A DNA stretch of 64,000 nt from contig JBISJU010000001.1 in assembly GCA_044442865.1 (NCBI GenBank), forward strand, positions 31,402 through 95,401, read 5' to 3'. The notes beneath the pieces are model-generated. The model saw nothing but the letters and a program-made list of their open reading frames with translations. It was not told the DNA's origin and searched no databases. Of this stretch, positions 56,478 to 64,000 are shown one piece after another. A program made the position numbers and the translations under genes. The DNA is from Candidatus Makana argininalis (lineage in GTDB: Bacteria; Pseudomonadota; Gammaproteobacteria; Enterobacterales; Enterobacteriaceae). How positions within the stretch are numbered: the first letter of the stretch is position 1; every line of letters starts with the position of its first letter.

Positions 56478-58844
56478 TTAAATTAACATATCTTCTATAT
56501 TTTTAGTTTTAAAAGGATTATTTTTTAATGAAATCATCAGTACTTCTTCTATTTTATTAACAATTTTAATATTTAAAATTTTTAAAATATTAATAGGTAT
56601 ATCTTCTAAATCCTTTTTATTTGCATAAGGTATTAAAACTTTTTTAATTCCACCTCTATGAGCAGCTAAAAGTTTTTCTTTTAACCCACCTATAGGTAAT
56701 ATTTGCCCTCTTAAAGTAATTTCACCTGTCATAGCAATATACGATTTTACTGGATTTTTTGAAATACAAGAAAAAATAGAACTACATATAGCAATACCAG
56801 CACTTGGCCCATCTTTTGGAATTGCACCTTCTGGTACATGAATATGTAAATCTTGTGTTTCATATAAATAATTATTTATTCCTATTTTAAATGTTAATGA
56901 TTTTACTAATGTAAGAGCTGCTTGAATTGATTCTTTCATTACATTACCAAGAGAACCTGTATAAATTAATTTTCCATTACCAGGAACTGATACTGTTTCT
57001 ATAGTTAATAGTTCACCACCAGTATCTGTCCAAGCCAATCCTGTTACTTGACCTATTATATTTTTTTTTTCTGCATACCCGTAATTAAATTTTTTAATAC
57101 CTAAAAATTTTTTTAAATTATTTTTATTTATATAAATATGTTTAATATTTTTATTTATTACTAATTTTTTTACTGTTTTTCTACATATTTTAGATATTTC
57201 TCTTTCTAAATTTCTCACGCCTGATTCTCTAGTATAATATCTCACTATATTTAGTATAGCTGATTTTTTTATTTCCAATTCATTGTTTTTAACAGCGTTT
57301 CTTTTTTTTTGTTTTGGAATTAAATAATTAATAGCTATATTAATTTTTTCATCTTCAGTATAACCTGAAATTTTTATTATTTCTAATCTATCAAGTAAGG
57401 GTGGTGATATATTCATAGAATTAGAAGTAGCTAAAAACATAACATCAGAAAGATCATAATCTACTTCTATATAATTATCATTAAATGTAATATTTTGTTC
57501 TGGATCTAAAACTTCAAGCAAAGCAGATGATGGATCCCCTCTTGTATCAAATGACATTTTATCAATTTCATCTAATAAAAATAAAGGATTTTTAACTCCT
57601 ATTTTAGACATTTTTTGCATTATTTTTCCTGGCATTGATCCTATATAAGTACGACGATGACCACGAATTTCAGCTTCATCACGAACACCACCTAAAGATA
57701 TTCTTATATATTTACGTCCAGTGGCTTTAGCTATAGATTTTCCAAGTGAAGTTTTACCTACACCAGGAGGCCCTACTAAACAAATAATTGGACCCTTGGT
57801 TTTATTTTTTCTACTTTGAACTGATAAATATTCTAAAATTCTTTCTTTTATATTATCTAATCCATAATGATCTTTTTCTAAAATATTTTTAGCTTTTATA
57901 ATATCCTTTTTAATATTACTTTTAATACACCAAGGAATAGATAATATACATTCAATATAACTTCTTACTACAGTGGATTCTGCTGACATTGATGACATTA
58001 ATTTTAATTTATTAAATTCTGATGTAACTTTTGCTTTAGCTTCTTTAGACATTTTAGTATTTGCTATTTTTTTTTTTAATATTTCGTTTTCATTTTTTAT
58101 TTCATCTATATCACCTATTTCTTTTTGGATAGCTTTTATTTGTTCGTTTAAATAATAATCTCTTTGACTTTTTTCCATTTGATTTCTAACTCTATTTCTA
58201 ATTTTTTTTTCTATTTTTAATAAATCAATTTCTAATTCAAGCATTTTCATCAGATATTCTATTTGTTCTTTAATATTATTTATTTCTAAAATTAATTGTT
58301 TATCAGATATTTTTAAAGGAATATGAGAAGCAATAGTATCAACTAATCTAGAAACATCATTAATAGAACTTAAAGAATCAATTACTTCTTTTGGTATTTT
58401 TTTATTTAACTTAATATATATTTTAAATTGATTTAATAAAGTTCTCATTAAAATTTCTTTTATTTTAAAATCTAATTTCTTAATTTTAACATCATGTATT
58501 TCAGATACAAAATACTCACCATTATCACATAAATGTTTTATTTTAACTTTTTTTAAACCTTCAATTAATACTTTTATAGTTCCATCTGGAAGTTTAATTA
58601 TTTGAAGTATAAATGATAATGTACCTACATTATAAATATCTGTTATATCAGGATTGTCTTGTATAGATTCTTTTTGAGTTACTATTATAACTTTTTTATT
58701 TAATTTAATTGCTTTTTCAAGACATTTAATTGATTTTTTTCTACCTATAAATAAAGGAATTATCATATATGGATAAACTACTACATCTCGAAGTGTTAAT
58801 ACAGGAATTAATATAAGATTATTAATGTCTAAATTTGAATTCAT
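56478..58844 (-). CDS. lon: Lon protease
   Basis: 788-aa ORF. Walker A GPPGVGKTS and the protease active site PKDGPSAG. Confidence 0.97.
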   Translation of the reverse strand: MNSNLDINNLILIPVLTLRDVVVYPYMIIPLFIGRKKSIKCLEKAIKLNKKVIIVTQKESIQDNPDITDIYNVGTLSFILQIIKLPDGTIKVLIEGLKKVKIKHLCDNGEYFVSEIHDVKIKKLDFKIKEILMRTLLNQFKIYIKLNKKIPKEVIDSLSSINDVSRLVDTIASHIPLKISDKQLILEINNIKEQIEYLMKMLELEIDLLKIEKKIRNRVRNQMEKSQRDYYLNEQIKAIQKEIGDIDEIKNENEILKKKIANTKMSKEAKAKVTSEFNKLKLMSSMSAESTVVRSYIECILSIPWCIKSNIKKDIIKAKNILEKDHYGLDNIKERILEYLSVQSRKNKTKGPIICLVGPPGVGKTSLGKSIAKATGRKYIRISLGGVRDEAEIRGHRRTYIGSMPGKIMQKMSKIGVKNPLFLLDEIDKMSFDTRGDPSSALLEVLDPEQNITFNDNYIEVDYDLSDVMFLATSNSMNISPPLLDRLEIIKISGYTEDEKINIAINYLIPKQKKRNAVKNNELEIKKSAILNIVRYYTRESGVRNLEREISKICRKTVKKLVINKNIKHIYINKNNLKKFLGIKKFNYGYAEKKNIIGQVTGLAWTDTGGELLTIETVSVPGNGKLIYTGSLGNVMKESIQAALTLVKSLTFKIGINNYLYETQDLHIHVPEGAIPKDGPSAGIAICSSIFSCISKNPVKSYIAMTGEITLRGQILPIGGLKEKLLAAHRGGIKKVLIPYANKKDLEDIPINILKILNIKIVNKIEEVLMISLKNNPFKTKNIEDMLI

Positions 58845-58969
58845 ATATTTATCTCTTTAATTTAATTAAGTTAAAATTCAAAAAAATAATTATAAATATA
58901 AATTTTATAAATTTAAAATTTTTTATTAATTTAATAAATATAATATATATTAATATATATTATTTATTA

Positions 58970-60208
58970 TTATTTATAAATAATAATAGGTTTTGATTTC
59001 CCTAAAATAATAATTTCTTCTATTAATACTTTTTTAATATTTTTTTTAGAAGGAATTTCATACATGGTTTTTAATAAAATATGTTCTAAAATAGATCTTA
59101 ATCCTCTAGCACCAGTTTTTCTTTTAATGGTTTTTTTTGCAATATATATTAAAATTTCATATTGAAATTCTAAATCTATGTTTTCTATTTTAAATAAATT
59201 TTTATATTGTTTGATTATTGAATTTTTAGGTTTATATAAAATATTTAATAATTCTTTTTCATTTAATTTATTTAATTGTATTATTATTGGTAAACGTCCA
59301 ACTAATTCTGGTATAAAACCATATTTTATTATATCTTGTGTATCAATATTATTGGTTTTAATTAAATTTTTATTATTTTCAAAATTATTTTTTATTATTG
59401 AATTGAATCCAATTCCTTTTTTAATTTTATTTTTATTTTCTATAAATCTATCTATTCCAGAGAATGAACCTCCGCAAATAAATAATATTTTAGAAGTATC
59501 AATATTTAAACATTCTTGCAAAGGATGTTTTCTTCCACTTTTTATAGGAACTGAAGATATAGTTCCTTCTATTATTTTTAATAATGCTTGCTGTACACCT
59601 TCACCAGAAACATCTCTTGTAATAGATGGGTTAAAAGATTTACTAGAAATTTTATCAATTTCATCAATATATATTATTCCTTTTTCTGCTTTTTTAATAT
59701 CATAAGAACATTTTTGTAATAATTTATTTAAAATACTTTCTACATCATCTCCTACATAACCTGTTTCAGTAAGAGTTGTTGCATCTGATATAGCAAGAGG
59801 AATATTTAAAAAATCAGCAAGTTTTTTGATTAAAAGAGTTTTACCACTACCAGTCGGACCAATTATTAAAATATTACTTTTTTCAATTTTATCATTATTT
59901 ATAATATAATCTTTATTGACACACTTGTAATGATTATAAATAGCAACAGAAAGTATTTTTTTAGCTTTTTTTTGACCTACAACATGTTTTTTTAAATAAT
60001 TATATATTTGATAAGGTTTTTTAATTGTAATATTTTTCACTTTAATATTATTTTTAATTATATTATTTTCAATCATTTTATTACATAAATATACACAATT
60101 ATTACATATACAAGATGATTTTCCTGAAATTATTTCACATACTTCTTTTTGATTTTTATTACAGAAAGAACAATAAAGTAATTTTTTATTTTTGTTCTTA
60201 TCTATCAT
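58970..60208 (-). CDS. clpX: ATP-dependent Clp protease ATP-binding subunit ClpX
   Basis: 412-aa ORF. Zn-finger CSFC...CNNC, Walker A GPTGSGKT, and IGF-like loop region. Confidence 0.96.
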   Translation of the reverse strand: MIDKNKNKKLLYCSFCNKNQKEVCEIISGKSSCICNNCVYLCNKMIENNIIKNNIKVKNITIKKPYQIYNYLKKHVVGQKKAKKILSVAIYNHYKCVNKDYIINNDKIEKSNILIIGPTGSGKTLLIKKLADFLNIPLAISDATTLTETGYVGDDVESILNKLLQKCSYDIKKAEKGIIYIDEIDKISSKSFNPSITRDVSGEGVQQALLKIIEGTISSVPIKSGRKHPLQECLNIDTSKILFICGGSFSGIDRFIENKNKIKKGIGFNSIIKNNFENNKNLIKTNNIDTQDIIKYGFIPELVGRLPIIIQLNKLNEKELLNILYKPKNSIIKQYKNLFKIENIDLEFQYEILIYIAKKTIKRKTGARGLRSILEHILLKTMYEIPSKKNIKKVLIEEIIILGKSKPIIIYK

Positions 60209-60262
60209 TATTTGACCTCTTTAATAATAATTTTTACCGTTATAATTAAAAATTATTTTTTT

Positions 60263-60886
60263 TTAAATTCTTTTTTTTAAAATATAATCAACTAAACCAT
60301 ATTTAATTGCTTCATTTGCAGATAAAAAACAATCTCTTTCAGTATCTTTGCATATGGTTTCAATATTTTGCCCTGTATGTTTAGACATTAATTTATTAAT
60401 TTTTTTTTTTATTTTTAAAATTTCATTAGCATGAATTTCTATATCAGTAGCTTGACCTTTAAATCCTCCTAAAGGTTGATGAATCATAATTCTCGAATTT
60501 GGTAGACAAAATCTTTTTCCTTTTGAACCACTAGCTAGTAATAATGCTCCCATAGAAGAAGCTTGACCCATACATAAAGTACTAATATCTGGTTTTACAA
60601 ATTGTATTGTATCATATATTGACATACCTGATGTAATTATTCCACCTGGAGAATTAATATATAAATTTATATCTTTTGAAGGATCTTCGGATTCTAAAAA
60701 TATTATTTGAGCTACTATTAAATTTGCCATGTAATCTTCTATATATCCTGTTATAAATATTATTCTATCTTTTAATAATTTAGAAAAAATATCATATAAA
60801 CGCTCACCTCTATATGTATTTTCTACAACAATTGGTAAAAAATACTTTTCATGTAAAAAATTAAAACAATTATTATATAATGACAT
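60263..60886 (-). CDS. clpP: ATP-dependent Clp protease proteolytic subunit
   Basis: 207-aa ORF. Active-site Ser in GQASSMGA, then IMIHQPLGG. Confidence 0.96.
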   Translation of the reverse strand: MSLYNNCFNFLHEKYFLPIVVENTYRGERLYDIFSKLLKDRIIFITGYIEDYMANLIVAQIIFLESEDPSKDINLYINSPGGIITSGMSIYDTIQFVKPDISTLCMGQASSMGALLLASGSKGKRFCLPNSRIMIHQPLGGFKGQATDIEIHANEILKIKKKINKLMSKHTGQNIETICKDTERDCFLSANEAIKYGLVDYILKKRI

Positions 60887-60996
60887 AATATATCCTTTAA
60901 CATTGATTTAAAAAAATAAATATAAAATTTAGTTAAATTAATTTAAATTATAATTAATATTATAATATATATATTTTTTTAAAATTATTTTTTTTT

Positions 60997-62277
60997 TTAA
61001 TTTTTCCAATTTAATAAACAATGTTTTTTTTTACCTTTTTTTAAAATAGTAAATTTATTATAAAGTTTATCATTTTCATTTAATAAATATTTAGGATTAT
61101 TTTGTTTGTTACCATTTATTGATATTGCATTTGATATTATTAATATTTTAGCTTGAGTACGAGATTTAGCTAAATTAGCATTTTTTAAAATTTGTGGTAA
61201 ATCGTAATTTTTTTTTATTTTTATAGTTTTCATACCATCTTTATATAATTGTCTAAAATCGTTTTTTGTCAAATTTAAAACTTTATTTTTAAATAAACTA
61301 TATGTTATTCTTTTTGCTGAATTTAAACCTATTTTTCCATGAATAAGTTGAGTAATTTCTTCTGCTAATATTTTTTTTTTATAGTTAGAAGAGTTTTTTA
61401 CAAACTTATATTTTTTTTTTATATTTTTAATTTTAATATTATTAACTAAATTAAAAATTTTTAAAAATTGACATAAATTAATATCAGAAATATTAATCCA
61501 ATATTGATAAAATTTATAAGGACTTGTTTTATTTTTATCCAACCAAATTGTCCCTTCTGATGTTTTACCAAATTTTATTCCATTAGAATTAGTTATAATA
61601 GGCACAGTTAATCCATATACTTTTTTTTTATATAATTTATTAGTTAAAAATATCCCAGAAGTAATATTTCCCCATTGATCAGCTCCACCAATTTGTAATT
61701 TTATATTATATTTTTTATAAAGATAAGAAAAATCATAACTTTGTAATAAATTATAAGAAAATTCAGTAAAAGAAATACCGTTTTTTTTAAAATTTAATCT
61801 ATTTTTAATAATTTCTTTTGTAATCATTTTATTTATTGTAAAATATTTTCCTATTTTATTTAAAAAATCAATAATATTAATTTTCTTAAACCACGATTTA
61901 TTATTTAATATAACAGCGCTATTTTCTCCACAATTAAAATTTAAAAACATAGATATTTGAACCTTAATTTTTTTAATATATGTATTAATTTTTTCAACAT
62001 TTTTAAAATTACGTTCTGTACTTTTAAAGCTTGGATCACCAATTAATACAGTAGAACCACCAATTAATATTATTGGACGATGTCCTGATAATTGAAAATG
62101 TTTTAAACATAATAAAACAACTAAATGACCAACATGTAGACTATCAGCTGTAGGATCAAAACCACAATATAAATTTATATTTTTTTTTAGTAAAATATTT
62201 GATAAATCATCTTTATTTGTAATTTGATAAATCATATTTCTATCATATAATTCTTTTATTAAATTATTTTTTTTCAT
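60997..62277 (-). CDS. tyrS: tyrosyl-tRNA synthetase
   Basis: 426-aa ORF. HVGH (HIGH), KFGKTS (KMSKS), and a C-terminal S4-like domain. Confidence 0.95.
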   Translation of the reverse strand: MKKNNLIKELYDRNMIYQITNKDDLSNILLKKNINLYCGFDPTADSLHVGHLVVLLCLKHFQLSGHRPIILIGGSTVLIGDPSFKSTERNFKNVEKINTYIKKIKVQISMFLNFNCGENSAVILNNKSWFKKINIIDFLNKIGKYFTINKMITKEIIKNRLNFKKNGISFTEFSYNLLQSYDFSYLYKKYNIKLQIGGADQWGNITSGIFLTNKLYKKKVYGLTVPIITNSNGIKFGKTSEGTIWLDKNKTSPYKFYQYWINISDINLCQFLKIFNLVNNIKIKNIKKKYKFVKNSSNYKKKILAEEITQLIHGKIGLNSAKRITYSLFKNKVLNLTKNDFRQLYKDGMKTIKIKKNYDLPQILKNANLAKSRTQAKILIISNAISINGNKQNNPKYLLNENDKLYNKFTILKKGKKKHCLLNWKN

Positions 62278-62530
62278 TTTTTATATTCCATTTTAATTTA
62301 TAAAATATATTTATAATTTAATATAACTAAATAAATTAAATATTGATTTAATATAAATTACTTGATATTATTTATATATTTAAAATTAAGTTTTTAATAT
62401 TTTATTTATATTTTAATTCAAAATAAAAGAACCTTAAATACCAAAATTAATTTTTAGAATTTATGTTAAAAATTAATTAGTAATTTAAAAATTAATGTTT
62501 ATAAATTTTTAACATTTAGAGTATAAATAC

Positions 62531-63391
62531 ATGAAAATAATAAAATTTATATATACAATATTCATGTTTGTATTTTTTATGTGTTTAAGTGGTTGTAAAG
62601 AAATAGTTATAATGTTTCCAAAAGGACAAATTGGGATAGAGCAACGTAATTTAATTATAATATCTTTAATTTTGATGTTATTATTAATAATACCTATAAT
62701 AGCAATCACTTTTATATTTATATTAAAATATAAATCATCAAATTTAAATTCTAAATACAATCCTGATTGGTGTTATTCTAAAAAAATAGAATTTTTTATA
62801 TGGAGTATACCTATTGTTATAGTCTCTATTTTAAGTTATATAACATGGAATTCAACGCATGAATTAGATCAAAAAAAAAAAATAATATCAAAAAATAAAA
62901 CAATAAATATTCAAGTTATATCTTTGGATTGGAAATGGTTATTTATTTATCCTAAAAATAATATTGCTACTATAAACGAAATTGTTTTTCCTGTTAATAT
63001 TCCAATAAAATTTGAAATTACATCAGATTCAGTTATGAATTCATTTTTTATTCCTCAATTAGGAAGTCAAATTTATGCTATGTCAGGTATGAATTCTATA
63101 CTTAATCTGATATCAAATAAATCTGGAAATTATAAAGGAATCTCATCTAATTTTAGTGGAAAAGGTTTTTATGGAATGAAATTTAAAGTTATTGTTACAC
63201 CTAATAAATATGATTTTTTAAAATGGATTAAAAAAGTAAAGTCATCTTTTAATATTATTAAAGATATTAAAGATTATGAAAAAATATCTTATCCAAGTGA
63301 AAAAAACAAAATACAATATTTTTCTTTTGTTATACCTAAATTATATCAATATGTAATTAAAAAACCTTATCAAAAAAATAAATTTATTTAA
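62531..63391 (+). CDS. cyoA: cytochrome bo3 ubiquinol oxidase subunit II
   Basis: 286-aa ORF. Lipobox LSGC, PKGQIGIEQRNL, and SVMNSFFIPQLGSQIYAMSGM match CyoA. The C-terminal tail is shorter than in E. coli. Confidence 0.93.
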   Translation: MKIIKFIYTIFMFVFFMCLSGCKEIVIMFPKGQIGIEQRNLIIISLILMLLLIIPIIAITFIFILKYKSSNLNSKYNPDWCYSKKIEFFIWSIPIVIVSILSYITWNSTHELDQKKKIISKNKTINIQVISLDWKWLFIYPKNNIATINEIVFPVNIPIKFEITSDSVMNSFFIPQLGSQIYAMSGMNSILNLISNKSGNYKGISSNFSGKGFYGMKFKVIVTPNKYDFLKWIKKVKSSFNIIKDIKDYEKISYPSEKNKIQYFSFVIPKLYQYVIKKPYQKNKFI

Positions 63392-63431
63392 ATTATTTTA
63401 AACAAATATTTTATTTAATTGAGGATAAATA

Positions 63432-64000
63432 ATGATTTTAGGAAAGTTGAATTTTACTTCAATTCCATACAATGAACCAATTGTAATGTTTACAATAATT
63501 ATAACATTATTTGTAATAATAGGATTATTTATTGTTATTACTTATTTTGCAAAATGGAAATATATTTGGTCTGAATGGATAACTTCACTAGATCATAAAA
63601 AAATAGGAATAATGTATATTATTACATCATTTATAATGTTATTAAGAGGTTTTATAGATGCTTTAATGATGCGTTTTCAACAATCTATTGTTTCATCTGG
63701 AAGTAATGGTTTTTTAACACCTAAGCATTATAATCAAATAATCACTGCTCATGGTGTTATTATGATTATTTTTATGGCCACACCTTTAATTATAGGATTA
63801 ATGAATATTATAATTCCATTGCAAATAGGATCCAGGGATGTCGCATTTCCTGTTTTAAATTCTATAAGTTTTTGGTTATTTTTTTCAGGTGTTATTCTTA
63901 TAAATTTATCTCTTGGTATTGGTGAATTTGCACAAACAGGCTGGTCTGCTTATCCCCCTTTATCAGGTATAGAATATAGTCCAGGTGTAGGTGTAGATTA
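63432..64000 (+). CDS. cyoB: cytochrome bo3 ubiquinol oxidase subunit I (5' part; runs off the window)
   Basis: ATG at 63432 after [24 protein letters not shown]...[10 protein letters not shown]...AHGVIMIFFMATP...[26 protein letters not shown] matches CyoB. There is no stop before the window end. Confidence 0.93.
   Translation, partial: MILGKLNFTSIPYNEPIVMFTIIITLFVIIGLFIVITYFAKWKYIWSEWITSLDHKKIGIMYIITSFIMLLRGFIDALMMRFQQSIVSSGSNGFLTPKHYNQIITAHGVIMIIFMATPLIIGLMNIIIPLQIGSRDVAFPVLNSISFWLFFSGVILINLSLGIGEFAQTGWSAYPPLSGIEYSPGVGVD

Noticed and set aside
59178-59705. 175-aa ORF on the + strand, antisense to clpX
   Set aside because: It lies entirely within the well-conserved clpX coding region. In this antisense phase, stops can arise only opposite Tyr, His or Gln codons, so long shadow ORFs are expected. 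The product is low-complexity and hydrophobic with no recognisable motif.
3468-62760. Other short ORFs from the track: 3468-3650, 5537-5797, 11453-11653, 24706-24897, 25030-25263, 32946-33209, 34698-34886, 35271-35537, 39877-40065, 40667-40858, 42725-42922, 45876-46058, 49808-49999, 57973-58155, 62509-62760
   Set aside because: Each is nested in, or antisense to, a confidently identified gene (rho, gnd, recB, tsaD, tsaB, manY, manX, fabD 5' part, holA, leuS, sufB, sufS, lon, cyoA). Each encodes low-complexity I/F/L/K/N-rich sequence without motifs.
1-64000. Genome-wide genetic code 4 (UGA = Trp)
   Set aside because: Trp is encoded by TGG throughout, and all long genes are intact under the standard code. 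In AT-rich code-4 genomes TGA would dominate. Only one in-frame TGA (in fabD) and one terminal TGA (in trxB) exist, so a completed reassignment is not supported. It is kept only as a hedged finding.
1-64000. Chi sites (GCTGGTGG) for the retained RecBCD
   Set aside because: I found no exact Chi octamer on either strand by eye. The nearest are GCTGGTTA at about 31391 and CCACCAGT at about 57017. A by-eye scan of 64 kb is not reliable, so no claim is made either way.

Overview
Extremely AT-rich chromosome segment: by eye well under 20% G+C, with intergenic DNA almost pure A/T. It comes from a genome-reduced gammaproteobacterial (Enterobacterales-like) endosymbiont. I can support about 55 protein genes, 5 tRNAs, 2 GC-stem terminators and one consensus promoter. 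I saw no rRNA, CRISPR array, IS element or phage gene. Content is housekeeping, and local gene order follows E. coli with the intervening genes deleted: argB-argH, rho-trxA, gnd, yggT-hemW, yggX, recC-recB-recD (ptrA lost), a Leu/Gln/Met tRNA remnant of the metT operon, ybgI, fldA, glnS, rpsU-dnaG-rpoD, tsaD, dnaB, rne/rluC, serS, trxB, infA, tsaB, manXYZ, nusB, hspQ, rpmF-fabD-fabG-acpP (plsX, fabH and fabF missing), leuS-holA (lptE missing), eno, sufABCDSE-lpp-pykF, lipB-lipA, lon-clpX-clpP (tig missing), tyrS and cyoA-cyoB. Points worth a second look:
- Three genes (rpoD, holA, fabD) have conserved reading frames broken only at long poly(A) tracts. fabD also carries a TGA exactly at a conserved Trp codon.
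- There are five long perfect inverted repeats in intergenic DNA. One is a 100-bp loopless palindrome that copies the 3' end of tsaB. Another is a 98-bp palindrome filling the eno/sufA divergent control region.
- An intact stand-alone crtY-type lycopene cyclase sits among housekeeping genes.
- RNase E is cut off right after the Zn-link.
- LeuRS has lost its editing-site residues.
- A 1.07-kb gene desert lies where fabF is expected.
All calls rest on by-eye translation and on remembered E. coli and Pantoea sequences. No database search was run.
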